Part shown: piece by piece, positions 26,004 to 34,814 of the stretch | Layout: each line of letters begins with the position of its first letter | How positions within the stretch are numbered: position 1 is the stretch's first letter | From: a virus | Taxonomy: Duplodnaviria; Caudoviricetes | Length of the DNA stretch: 51,542 nucleotides | Virus record (IMG/VR): IMGVR_UViG_3300017908_000107 | Coordinates: 1-51,542 of that record | Strand: one strand, 5' to 3' | Made by a program: the position numbers and the translations under genes | The notes under the pieces: generated by a model | What the model saw: the letters and a program-made list of their open reading frames with translations, nothing else | Databases searched by the model: none | What the model was told of the DNA's origin: nothing

Positions 26004-27216
26004 AATTAAAACTACCAGATACTATGATGAGTTTATCAGGTATTATGAGTTAGCTTTAGACCAGCAGAAAAAGAGTAACCTAGGCCACATTCCACATGCC
26101 GAGTCCAGGATGGACGATCCGCTGATGGAACAAATCGAGCTGTATGATGTAGTCGAAAGGAAGTATGCTGGGTTTAGTCAAATCGTAAATGATGTTTTTT
26201 ACGGTTGGACTGAAGCACATCCGTATTGGTCAAGAATGCAGGAAGGTCTAGTTACAGAACAGCGCAAGGAAGTCGCTAATAACTGGACTGGTAAACAAGA
26301 TGTCTTCGGCCTACCAGAGTGGCTCTACCTATTCATACTGCATAGAGTATGTGGATCTGCAATTAACTATGCTACCAAACCAAGTGGCTACCACAACACA
26401 TTGTTATTCGACTTGTGGCAATCTGATTCTATAGAACAAATGTGTGAGCAAGTTAAGGCAGCAACCAAGTCATTCTACACTTCTGTTGGGTATCAATTCC
26501 CAGCATTCCCAAAACCCCCAGTCCCAGAACAGAACGAGGATGTCTTTGTAGGGATGTCGGGGTTTGAAGGTCCTCAGTTTCAATATAAGAGAGGTGGCGA
26601 TTATTTCCTATGTGAATTTGCACCACGCTTAGCTAGAGATATGGCTAACTATCTAGAAGAAGGTGGTAAGAAAGATTTAAGAGACTTAGGTCAGTGGATG
26701 TTTGATTGGAATGTTGCAAACGGACTAAGACAATATAAATTCCAATATGCTGCAGTTATTGCTGATGTAGCAGATTGGTTTCCACAATATATTAACAGAG
26801 AATCAATGTTCTATTATGGTACTAACGCAATAGAATGTATTGGTTATCTGGCAGATCCTGTAGAAGGCAAAGGTAAGAAATCAGAACCTTTCCTAGATGC
26901 AGTGATGACTAAAATATATGAACAAACAGGCTCTCTTCCATATAATGCAGAGGATGTGGCTTGTGACTTTATCCGATGGATTGAAAATTACATGAGACCA
27001 GGAGCTGACTACAAACATATTAATATGGACACTCTTTGGAATTCATCTACAATTATTGACCATCCATTCGGTAGACAGAAAGCAATGTTAGACTTAGGTC
27101 TAGTAGAAACATTTAACGGAATGAAACACCATCCTTCCGATGATAAAATAATTGCAGAAGCTGGTTTAACAGTAGAAGCATATAAGAAAAAAGTAGCAGA
27201 ATTTTATGGCACATAA
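25987..27216 (+). CDS. Putative amino acid:DNA transferase (alpha-glutamyl/putrescinyl thymine pyrophosphorylase-like, HhH glycosylase fold)
   Basis: YDVVER, FQYAAVIADV, GTNAIECIGYL, AEDVACDFIRW parallel the family's N-V-x-R, F..x..D, G..A..GL and E..LC[ED]F.[KR] motifs; adjacent PLP enzyme. Confidence 0.6.
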   Translation: MSTTCKIKTTRYYDEFIRYYELALDQQKKSNLGHIPHAESRMDDPLMEQIELYDVVERKYAGFSQIVNDVFYGWTEAHPYWSRMQEGLVTEQRKEVANNWTGKQDVFGLPEWLYLFILHRVCGSAINYATKPSGYHNTLLFDLWQSDSIEQMCEQVKAATKSFYTSVGYQFPAFPKPPVPEQNEDVFVGMSGFEGPQFQYKRGGDYFLCEFAPRLARDMANYLEEGGKKDLRDLGQWMFDWNVANGLRQYKFQYAAVIADVADWFPQYINRESMFYYGTNAIECIGYLADPVEGKGKKSEPFLDAVMTKIYEQTGSLPYNAEDVACDFIRWIENYMRPGADYKHINMDTLWNSSTIIDHPFGRQKAMLDLGLVETFNGMKHHPSDDKIIAEAGLTVEAYKKKVAEFYGT

Positions 27217-28102
27217 TAATCATACAAAACTACTAGTCAATCAAGACTTAAATCTGATGATGCCAAATAGACAGGCATGGTTAGATTTAGCTGGTGATTG
27301 GAAAGATCCGTTTCCAGCACCAGAACTAGTAGACCATGATGGCTTCAAGGTAGTAAGAGAAGACATGATGGGTTTTGGTTCTAAATGTAGATTCGGAGAT
27401 ATTCTAGTTCAAACTTGTCCTAAAGATACTCTAGTCTATGTACAACCAAGATATGGGTTTGCAGGTATCTCACTTGCTTACCTAGCAAAGAAGTATAATA
27501 AGAGACTAGTATTATTTAGTCCTTCACAAAAAGAAATTTCAGACCACCAAGCTATTTGTGTGGAAAGAGGTGCTGAAATGAAGTTTAAGAGAATTGCAGC
27601 AATGCCAGTCTTAAATGCTCATGCAAAACAGTGGGCAGAAGATAATGATGCATTCTTTATTCCACTTGGACTTCGCCATGAATTGGTTACAGCAGCCGCT
27701 GTTAAAGTGGCATACGATCTTGCAGAAACACATGGCTATCCAGAAGAAGCATGGTCAGCAATATCTACTGGCGTTCTACAGAGGTCTCTGCAAATAGCAT
27801 GGCCTGACACTAAGTTTAACGCAGTTGCAGTTGCAAGAAATATCAAGAAAGGTGAGAGAGGTAATGCAACTATTTGGTCTCACCCGAAAGCATTTACACA
27901 AAATGTAGATGAACAGTATTTTCCACCATTTCCATCGGCATTAAATTACGATGCAAAAGCATGGGAGTTCATGACTAAACATGGAAAACCTGGAGCTTGG
28001 TTCTGGAATGTTGGTGGCGACCCTAAGCCTGAAAAAGCTGATACGAAATTGTTAACAAAATCGTACAGAGATTGGGGTGAAGAACTTGAAACAGATAAAT
28101 GA
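27206..28102 (+). CDS. PLP-dependent enzyme, fold type II (cysteine synthase/Trp synthase beta-like)
   Basis: VVREDM..GSKCR (Schiff-base Lys), GFAGISLAYLA, FFIPLG, SAISTGVL, YDAKAW, FWNVG. Confidence 0.85.
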   Translation: MAHNNHTKLLVNQDLNLMMPNRQAWLDLAGDWKDPFPAPELVDHDGFKVVREDMMGFGSKCRFGDILVQTCPKDTLVYVQPRYGFAGISLAYLAKKYNKRLVLFSPSQKEISDHQAICVERGAEMKFKRIAAMPVLNAHAKQWAEDNDAFFIPLGLRHELVTAAAVKVAYDLAETHGYPEEAWSAISTGVLQRSLQIAWPDTKFNAVAVARNIKKGERGNATIWSHPKAFTQNVDEQYFPPFPSALNYDAKAWEFMTKHGKPGAWFWNVGGDPKPEKADTKLLTKSYRDWGEELETDK

Positions 28103-28114
28103 TTTTAACTATAA
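28088..28114 (+). promoter_or_regulatory. Putative middle promoter GAAAC-N17-TATAA
   Basis: GAAACagataaatgattttaacTATAA before the dUTPase-polymerase pair. Confidence 0.65.
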
Positions 28115-28131
28115 AAAACAAATAAAATAAT

Positions 28132-28596
28132 ATGGCGAACGCAGATAACAAATGTGCAGATTTAGAAGTTAAAGACTTCCATGCAGATGCAGAAGACACA
28201 CTTGGCTTAATCTATAATAAGCAAGTGGAATTACAAAAACGTTTAGGTTTCGACTTTACTGGTTGGACACTAAAAGAAATCGCAGATTTCTGGTGTGTTA
28301 ACAAACATGCAATGTCAGACGAACTAAATGAAATGTTCGATGCATTAGGAGGTATTAACGATGGTATTGGCTCAGCAGCTTGGAAGTACTGGAAAGGTAC
28401 TCATAAAGATGCAGCTAATATGAAAATCGAAGATTTGTCTGAAGAAGACAAGTTAGAACTATTTTATGAATGGATTGATGGATTGCATTTCTATATGAAC
28501 TTTGCAATTTCTATTGGTATGACTTCAAAAGATATTGTTAACTTGTACATGGCGAAGAACGCAGAAAACCATGACAGACAAAACCGAGGCTATTAA
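28132..28596 (+). CDS. Dimeric dUTPase/dCTPase (all-alpha NTP pyrophosphatase, T4 gp56-like)
   Basis: DELNE, WKYWK, EWIDGLHF, YMAKNAENHDRQNRGY. Confidence 0.85.
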   Translation: MANADNKCADLEVKDFHADAEDTLGLIYNKQVELQKRLGFDFTGWTLKEIADFWCVNKHAMSDELNEMFDALGGINDGIGSAAWKYWKGTHKDAANMKIEDLSEEDKLELFYEWIDGLHFYMNFAISIGMTSKDIVNLYMAKNAENHDRQNRGY

Positions 28597-30002
28597 TGTT
28601 ATTAGATATTGAACAATTAGAAAAAGAAGTAATTGTATCTTACTATAATAAAGAAGGTACAGTTTCTTTTAAACGTTATCCGATTGATAAATTTCAAAAT
28701 TGGGTAGTTGCAAAAGATGATGATAGATGGAAAGACAAAAACATCCAGAATTGGGATGGTCGTCCAATTAAGAAATCTTTAGCAAGATCGTTTAATAAGT
28801 TTTCACTTCTTTATTTCATGGATGGTCTTCCACAAAAAGACCAAGATGAAATCTTTGAGTTTAATATGCCAAGAACATACTTTGTCGATATTGAGACAGA
28901 GATTGTTGATGGCTTCCCAAAACCTGAAGAGGCTAAGTCTAGAATCTTAACCTTTTCAATTATTACACCTGAGCGTAAAGCTATCGTATTAGGTCTTGAA
29001 GATCTTTCGGCCGAACAGATTAAAAAGATTGAAGACGATAACAATGCTCACTTTACTGGTTATGACCAGGACTGGGAATTTAGTTATTACAAATTCAAGA
29101 ATGAATATGACATGGTCAAAGCATTCTTGCATAAGTTTTTACCTAAGTTTCCTATGATGACTGGTTGGAACTTTATCAATTATGACTGGCAGTATATTGT
29201 CAACCGATGTAAAATCTTACAGATCGATTTAACTGAAGTTGCTATTACCGGTTCACTTGATAGAAAAGACTCTCGCCCACTTCACATGGGTATTTTGGAC
29301 TACATGCAACTGTATGATAAATATGATAGGTCGGTTGCAGTTAAAGAATCAAATTCACTTGATTTTGTTTCTGGCGCAGTCCTAGAGGGTATTAGTAAAA
29401 TTAAATACAGTGGTTCTCTCCAAGACCTCTACGAAAACGACTTTCAAAAGTATGTTTTCTATAACGTAGTTGACTCCGTCTTGGTTTACTACATTGACCA
29501 AAAGCTTAGGTCAATGGAAGTACTGCTAACATTAGCAACAATCACGAGAATGCCTCTGTATAAAGCCGCTTCACCGGTGGCAGTTACTGAATCTTTGATG
29601 GCTAGAAAGCTAACTGAACTTGGAAGACGTATTGGAGTTGAATACGACAAAGAGGACAGTAAGAAAGACAGTAAGTATGAAGGAGCATTTGTTAAACAAC
29701 CGATTGTCGGTTATTATGGTGGTGTAAGTGCATTTGACTTTGCATCACTATATCCATCGATTATGAGACAGTTTAACATATCTCCCGACTCATTCGTGGA
29801 AATGGTTGAGGAATCACAAATAAAAGAACGCAGAGAAGATGAATCTGTTATTGTTTGTGAGAATGGCGTAGTCTATAAGAAGGAAGACAGTATTCTTAAA
29901 AAGATCTTGAGTGACTTATATGCTCAAAGAAAAGAATACAAGAAAACTTCTTATGATTATTATGAAAAAGCACACGAACTAGAAAAAAAATTTAGGCTCT
30001 AA
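28596..30002 (+). CDS. Family B DNA polymerase, N-terminal subunit (3'-5' exonuclease plus motif A)
   Basis: Exo I DIETE, Exo II GWNFINYD, Exo III YNVVD, motif A FDFASLYPSI, ends after RKEYKK; no motif B or C. Confidence 0.9.
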   Translation: MLLDIEQLEKEVIVSYYNKEGTVSFKRYPIDKFQNWVVAKDDDRWKDKNIQNWDGRPIKKSLARSFNKFSLLYFMDGLPQKDQDEIFEFNMPRTYFVDIETEIVDGFPKPEEAKSRILTFSIITPERKAIVLGLEDLSAEQIKKIEDDNNAHFTGYDQDWEFSYYKFKNEYDMVKAFLHKFLPKFPMMTGWNFINYDWQYIVNRCKILQIDLTEVAITGSLDRKDSRPLHMGILDYMQLYDKYDRSVAVKESNSLDFVSGAVLEGISKIKYSGSLQDLYENDFQKYVFYNVVDSVLVYYIDQKLRSMEVLLTLATITRMPLYKAASPVAVTESLMARKLTELGRRIGVEYDKEDSKKDSKYEGAFVKQPIVGYYGGVSAFDFASLYPSIMRQFNISPDSFVEMVEESQIKERREDESVIVCENGVVYKKEDSILKKILSDLYAQRKEYKKTSYDYYEKAHELEKKFRL

Positions 30003-30027
30003 ATCTGAAGATTATCTGCAGCGTTCA

Positions 30028-30035
30028 GATATATA
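30028..30035 (+). promoter_or_regulatory. GATATATA late-type promoter upstream of nrdB
   Basis: Octamer in intergenic DNA. Confidence 0.5.
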
Positions 30036-30087
30036 AACTAATAGCAGCGCTGCTAATAATTTTACGGGTTTTTGAGAGTCTAAATTT

Positions 30088-30108
30088 AGGTCTGGTCGGA
30101 CCTTTTTT
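30088..30108 (+). terminator. Terminator-like hairpin
   Basis: aggtct-ggtc-ggacct followed by T run. Confidence 0.5.
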
Positions 30109-30169
30109 GGTCTTATGGACCTTTTATTTTAAAAACTTTTGAAAACAATAAAAAAACAAAAATTAGCAA

Positions 30170-31171
30170 ATGTCATTATTTACCGAACGTATCCCATTTA
30201 AACCATTTGAGTACCCAGAATACTACACTGAAGGGTGGTTAAAACAAGCTCAAGCATTCTGGCTACACACTGAAATTTCTATGCAGGGTGATGTAAAAGA
30301 CTGGAATGAAAATCTTTTACCTCACGAAAAACATTTAGTAGGTAATATCTTGTTAGGTTTTGCACAGACTGAATGTGCAGTATCTGACTATTGGACACAA
30401 TATGTAACGACATGGTTCCCTAAACACGAAATCAAGCAAATGGCTATGATGTTCGGTTCACAGGAGACTATCCATGCAACTGCATATTCTTATTTAAACG
30501 AGACTTTAGGTCTTGAAGATTTTGAAGCGTTCTTACACGAACCAGCAACTGCAGAAAAGTTTGAACTATTAACTTCAACTTCTGCACCATATACACATGA
30601 AGACTTAAAGAGAGACAAGCAGGCTAGAAAAGAAGTAGCAAGATCTTTAGCTATCTTCTCAGCATTCGCTGAAGGTTGTTCACTCTACAGTTCTTTTGCA
30701 GTTTTATACTCATTCCAAATGAGAAACTTGTTAAAAGGTATTGGCCAACAAATGAAGTGGTCAGTAAGAGATGAATCTTTACACTCTAGAATGGGATGTA
30801 AATTATTCAGACACATGTGTGAAGAATATCCTGACTTGAAACAATCGGTACAAGCCGATATATTAAAAGCAGCAGAGCTTATTAAGGAATTAGAGCACAA
30901 GTTTATCGATAAAATGTTCGAGCAAGGAGATTTAGATAACTTAAAAGCTAAAGACTTAAAGAATTTCATTACTAAGAGAGTAAATGAAAAACTAATTGAG
31001 CTTGGTTACGAATCAGCTTTTGAATATGACGAGGAATCGGCAGACGCATTAGAATGGTTCTATCATTTAACAGGTGGACACACTCACACTGACTTCTTTG
31101 CAATCAGATCTACTGATTACTCTAAAGCAGGTGAAGGTGAAAACTGGGACGAAGACGATTTATTCGATTAA
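30170..31171 (+). CDS. nrdB: Ribonucleotide reductase class Ia beta subunit
   Basis: FWLHTEI, QETIHATAY (radical Tyr), AEGCSLYSSF, RDESLH, TDFF. Confidence 0.95.
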   Translation: MSLFTERIPFKPFEYPEYYTEGWLKQAQAFWLHTEISMQGDVKDWNENLLPHEKHLVGNILLGFAQTECAVSDYWTQYVTTWFPKHEIKQMAMMFGSQETIHATAYSYLNETLGLEDFEAFLHEPATAEKFELLTSTSAPYTHEDLKRDKQARKEVARSLAIFSAFAEGCSLYSSFAVLYSFQMRNLLKGIGQQMKWSVRDESLHSRMGCKLFRHMCEEYPDLKQSVQADILKAAELIKELEHKFIDKMFEQGDLDNLKAKDLKNFITKRVNEKLIELGYESAFEYDEESADALEWFYHLTGGHTHTDFFAIRSTDYSKAGEGENWDEDDLFD

Positions 31172-31180
31172 ACTATAACT

Positions 31181-33001
31181 ATGGCAGACAAAATTAAAAA
31201 CCACGGCGAACACCTGGGCTGGAAGATCGACGTAGATTTTCCATCCTGGGCAAACACCGAGGTATACGTAAAAACAATTTCAGCAGGTTACCTATTCAAC
31301 GGCGAAAAGCCAAAAGATGCTTATTGGAGAGTTTCAACTACAGTAGCAAAACGTTTAGGTAAACCTGAATTAGCAAGTAAATTTTTCGATTATATTTGGA
31401 AAGGTTGGTTGAACCTAGCCTCTCCAGTTTTATCTAACACAGGACTAGAAAGAGGATTACCAATTTCTTGTTTTGGTATTGATATAGCAGACTCTATTCA
31501 CGATATAGGTGCTAAGAACTTAGAGATGATGTTATTAGCAAAGCATGGTGGTGGAGTAGGTATTGGTGTAAATCAAATTAGACCAGCCGGTGCAAAGATT
31601 ACTGGTAATGGTACATCAGATGGTGTTGTACCTTTCTGTAAAATCTATGACTCTACAATCTTGGCTACAAACCAAGGTTCAGTAAGAAGAGGAGCAGCAT
31701 CAGTTAATATCGATATTGAGCATGGTGATTTCTGGGAATGGTTAGAAATTAGAGAGCCTAAAGGTGATGTCAACAGACAGTCACTTAATCTACATCAATG
31801 TGTAGTTGTACCAGATGGCTTTATGCAGAAGGTACAGGAAGGTGACAAAGAGGCTCGTAAAAGATGGGTTGCAGTTCTTAGAAAAAGAAAAGCAACTGGA
31901 GAGCCTTATGTAATGTTCAAAGGCAACATAAACAGAGCAAACCCGGATGCGTATAAGCAGAATGGCCTTAAAGTTTATATGACAAACATTTGCTCTGAGA
32001 TTACTCTACACACAGATGAATCTCACTCATTCGTATGTTGTTTATCTTCAGTAAACTTAGCAAAATACGACGAGTGGAAAGATACAGATCTTATTTACAC
32101 AGCGACATGGTTCCTAGATGGAGTTCTGGATGAATTTATTCAGAAAGCAAAATTCATGAGAGGCTTTGAGAATTCTGTAAGATCTGCAGAAAAAGGTAGA
32201 GCGCTAGGTCTTGGTGTACTAGGATGGCATACATATCTTCAAGAAAGAGGTATTCCATTCGAAGGACTATCAGCTCAATTTGAGACTAGAAAGATATTTC
32301 AACAACTAAGAACTGAGACAGAGAAGGCCAGTAGAGATATGGCGTTGGAATTTGGAGAACCTCTATGGTGTAGAGACACAGGTATGAGAAACACTCACCT
32401 TAGAGCCATTGCACCAACCGTATCGAATTCAAAACTAGCAGGTAATGTATCTGCAGGTATTGAGCCTTGGGCTGCTAACGTGTTCACAGAACAAACAGCA
32501 AAAGGTACATTTATTAGAAAGAACCCAGTATTAGAAAAGTTCTTTAAAGTAATCGGTAAGAATACTAGAAAGACTTGGGATAAAATCTTAGAAGACGGAG
32601 GTTCTGTACAAGGTTTAGATTTCATTGATGATTGGTATGTAAAAATAGCAACATCAATCACAACTAAATCTAATCTAATCAACAAAGCTAAATTAGAACA
32701 AGTACCTGAAAACGAGAAGGAAGATTGGGTACCTGTAAAAGACATCTTTAAAACATTTAAAGAAATAAATCAACTAGATTTGGTAAAGCAAGCTGGTGTT
32801 AGACAACAATATGTTGACCAGGCTGTTTCTCTGAATTTAGCATTCCCAACTCAAGCAGACTCTAAGTTTATCAACAAAGTTCACTTAGAAGCATATAAGG
32901 AAGGAGTAAAAACTCTTTACTATATGAGAACAGAATCTGTTTTAAGGGGAGATATTGCAGCTGCTGCTATCGATCCAGATTGTGTGGCTTGTGACGGTTA
33001 A
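31181..33001 (+). CDS. nrdA: Ribonucleotide reductase class Ia alpha subunit (no ATP cone evident)
   Basis: PISCF, GGGVG, TNICSEI, CCLSS, LGLGVLG, IAPTVS, KTLYY, C-terminal CVAC. Confidence 0.95.
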   Translation: MADKIKNHGEHLGWKIDVDFPSWANTEVYVKTISAGYLFNGEKPKDAYWRVSTTVAKRLGKPELASKFFDYIWKGWLNLASPVLSNTGLERGLPISCFGIDIADSIHDIGAKNLEMMLLAKHGGGVGIGVNQIRPAGAKITGNGTSDGVVPFCKIYDSTILATNQGSVRRGAASVNIDIEHGDFWEWLEIREPKGDVNRQSLNLHQCVVVPDGFMQKVQEGDKEARKRWVAVLRKRKATGEPYVMFKGNINRANPDAYKQNGLKVYMTNICSEITLHTDESHSFVCCLSSVNLAKYDEWKDTDLIYTATWFLDGVLDEFIQKAKFMRGFENSVRSAEKGRALGLGVLGWHTYLQERGIPFEGLSAQFETRKIFQQLRTETEKASRDMALEFGEPLWCRDTGMRNTHLRAIAPTVSNSKLAGNVSAGIEPWAANVFTEQTAKGTFIRKNPVLEKFFKVIGKNTRKTWDKILEDGGSVQGLDFIDDWYVKIATSITTKSNLINKAKLEQVPENEKEDWVPVKDIFKTFKEINQLDLVKQAGVRQQYVDQAVSLNLAFPTQADSKFINKVHLEAYKEGVKTLYYMRTESVLRGDIAAAAIDPDCVACDG

Positions 33002-33052
33002 AGGTGTGGTTTGAAGACCACGTCTTAGGACCGGGATAGTTCTCGGAAAAAG

Positions 33053-33087
33053 AGGGCCGGAGTTCGCTACTACCGGCCCTTACTTTT
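33053..33087. terminator. Hairpin between convergent genes, probable bidirectional terminator
   Basis: agggccgg/ccggccct stem, A run before and T run after. Confidence 0.6.
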
Positions 33088-33277
33088 ATACTTCCATTTT
33101 AGGATCGTCGTTCAATATAACTTCAAGGTTGTTGCCATCGAATTTTATACCTACGACTTCTTCATCATTTAGTTCTACCTTACTTAAAAATTTGTTTAAG
33201 TCGAAAGATCTAAAGAAAACACCACCCTTGGCTTTTCCAGTGAACCCATCTTTCCAAAAAACTTCTTGTTCAAACAT
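33086..33277 (-). CDS. Hypothetical early protein (63 aa)
   Basis: Only gene downstream of early promoter copy 2. Confidence 0.7.
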   Translation of the reverse strand: MFEQEVFWKDGFTGKAKGGVFFRSFDLNKFLSKVELNDEEVVGIKFDGNNLEVILNDDPKMEV

Positions 33278-33286
33278 AACTCTAAT

Positions 33287-33353
33287 TTTAATTACAGTAC
33301 TAATATAATAAAAATATCTGACACTAGAAAATAAAATGGCAATTATTTTGCAA
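33287..33353 (-). promoter_or_regulatory. Putative early promoter, copy 2
   Basis: 37-bp and 17-bp blocks identical to 9916-9952 and 9966-9982 with the same 13-nt spacer. Confidence 0.75.
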
Positions 33354-33370
33354 AAAAGTGGTTCATATTT

Positions 33371-33397
33371 GGAACAAAACCAGTTTAACCGGTATAA
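33371..33397 (+). promoter_or_regulatory. Putative middle promoter variant GGAAC-N17-TATAA
   Basis: GGAACaaaaccagtttaaccggTATAA, 150 nt upstream of the OMP gene. Confidence 0.5.
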
Positions 33398-33545
33398 CAG
33401 CCCACTAACAGAAAGAAATGAACGATTTATCGTTAAGAAAGATATTAAGAAAAACCTCCGACTCCGTGGAGGCTCATGCTAATCAAAACAATACTAGAAT
33501 AGATTAGCATTTATTACTAATTAAATTAACCCAAAATTTTATCAA

Positions 33546-33962
33546 ATGAGAAATTTTATTTTAACAATGGCACTTGCTGTACTTACAGCCTTCGGTGCAA
33601 ACGCGCAAAACGCGAAAGGTGACTGGTACGTAGGTACTGGCGATATTGACAACGTGGCATGGACTGAATGGTCTATTTCACCAACAATCGGGTATGCTTT
33701 TTCTGATGACTATATGGTCGGAATGAGTGTTGCTCAAACAGATTCAACAGAAGACATGGTCTTCAATCTTAACGGAAGATACTTTTACAAAGGTTTCTTC
33801 GGTTATGCAGCTTTAAATGATTTTGATTTCGATCAAATACATTTAGGTGTAGGTAAGATGTTTACTTTTCATAAAGGTAACATGTTCGTTGACCCAAAAG
33901 TTGTTTACGACTTAGGGCAAAAAACAACTAACCTAACTCTAGGCTTTGGCTTAAAATTCTAA
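33546..33962 (+). CDS. Small outer-membrane beta-barrel protein with Sec signal peptide
   Basis: MRNFILTMALAVLTAFGANA-Q signal; alternating amphipathic strands; C-terminal LTLGFGLKF beta-signal. Confidence 0.75.
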   Translation: MRNFILTMALAVLTAFGANAQNAKGDWYVGTGDIDNVAWTEWSISPTIGYAFSDDYMVGMSVAQTDSTEDMVFNLNGRYFYKGFFGYAALNDFDFDQIHLGVGKMFTFHKGNMFVDPKVVYDLGQKTTNLTLGFGLKF

Positions 33963-33983
33963 GCTAAATACTATAGAAAAAAC

Positions 33984-34016
33984 AAGCCCAAGATTCTAGG
34001 ACCTTGGGCTTTTTTT
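33984..34016 (+). terminator. Intrinsic terminator after OMP gene
   Basis: aagcccaag/cttgggctt stem followed by T run. Confidence 0.75.
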
Positions 34017-34018
34017 AT

Positions 34019-34045
34019 GAAACAACTAGTCATCAACCAATATAA
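34019..34045 (+). promoter_or_regulatory. Putative middle promoter GAAAC-N17-TATAA
   Basis: GAAACaactagtcatcaaccaaTATAA. Confidence 0.65.
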
Positions 34046-34069
34046 TAATCAAACAAAAATATATTCTTT

Positions 34070-34813
34070 ATGAAACTACAAATTGATCGAATAGACCAGC
34101 ACGCTTTGACTGGTTTTATTAACAGGGTAAAGCTTATTGACTCATTTGTCTATATGAAAATTCAGAATGGACAAATTCATTCAGCAGTTTATTTACCACA
34201 GAGAGACGCAGTAAAATCACACTCTATCGCATGTAACGAGATCTTTCAGATTAGCGAATGGCCTGATACAGACTTAGAGATGAAAGTTGCCTTCTTCGAA
34301 GGAGCTAAAGTAATTGATGCTATCAAACACTTTGAGGCAGATGCTATTAAAGGTGAAATTGAATTTATCGAGCAAGAAGGTGAGCTAATCGCTTCTTCTT
34401 TAAGAATGTTTAACGATGAGTTAGAGATTACTCTATCTTGTTCAGAACCTTCATTAGGTTTTAAAGACTTAACAGAAGATCAGCAAGCAGCTATTTTTGC
34501 AACTGATAATACACAATTCAGTTTTAATATCGACACACATACTATCAGTAAAGTTAAGAACCTATTTGGTCTTGACAAAGATGAAACATTTAGCGTTCAA
34601 GCTAATGGCAAGGGTGTTAGTGTAAATGGTAAATCATTTAACGCGGTAATTAATCCCGAGTCAAATGGTCAAGGTGAAGTAACAGTCTACAAGAAGTACT
34701 TAAACCTATTAGACAAAGAAGAGCAAACTGTACATGTTGCAGACTCTAAAATTGTTTTCCAATCAACAGAATCAAATACATTACTAACAGTATCTACTTG
34801 CCAAACGGCTTAA
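34070..34813 (+). CDS. Probable DNA polymerase sliding clamp (gp45/PCNA-like)
   Basis: 247 aa, acidic, two-fold alpha/beta pattern, directly upstream of the polymerase C-terminal subunit; no unambiguous motif. Confidence 0.5.
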   Translation: MKLQIDRIDQHALTGFINRVKLIDSFVYMKIQNGQIHSAVYLPQRDAVKSHSIACNEIFQISEWPDTDLEMKVAFFEGAKVIDAIKHFEADAIKGEIEFIEQEGELIASSLRMFNDELEITLSCSEPSLGFKDLTEDQQAAIFATDNTQFSFNIDTHTISKVKNLFGLDKDETFSVQANGKGVSVNGKSFNAVINPESNGQGEVTVYKKYLNLLDKEEQTVHVADSKIVFQSTESNTLLTVSTCQTA

Positions 34814-34814
34814 T

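Noticed and set aside
33003-33082. tRNA-like appearance (GTTCG, several stems)
   Set aside because: No acceptor stem closing the ends, no canonical T-loop or anticodon arm; kept only as a generic structured RNA candidate
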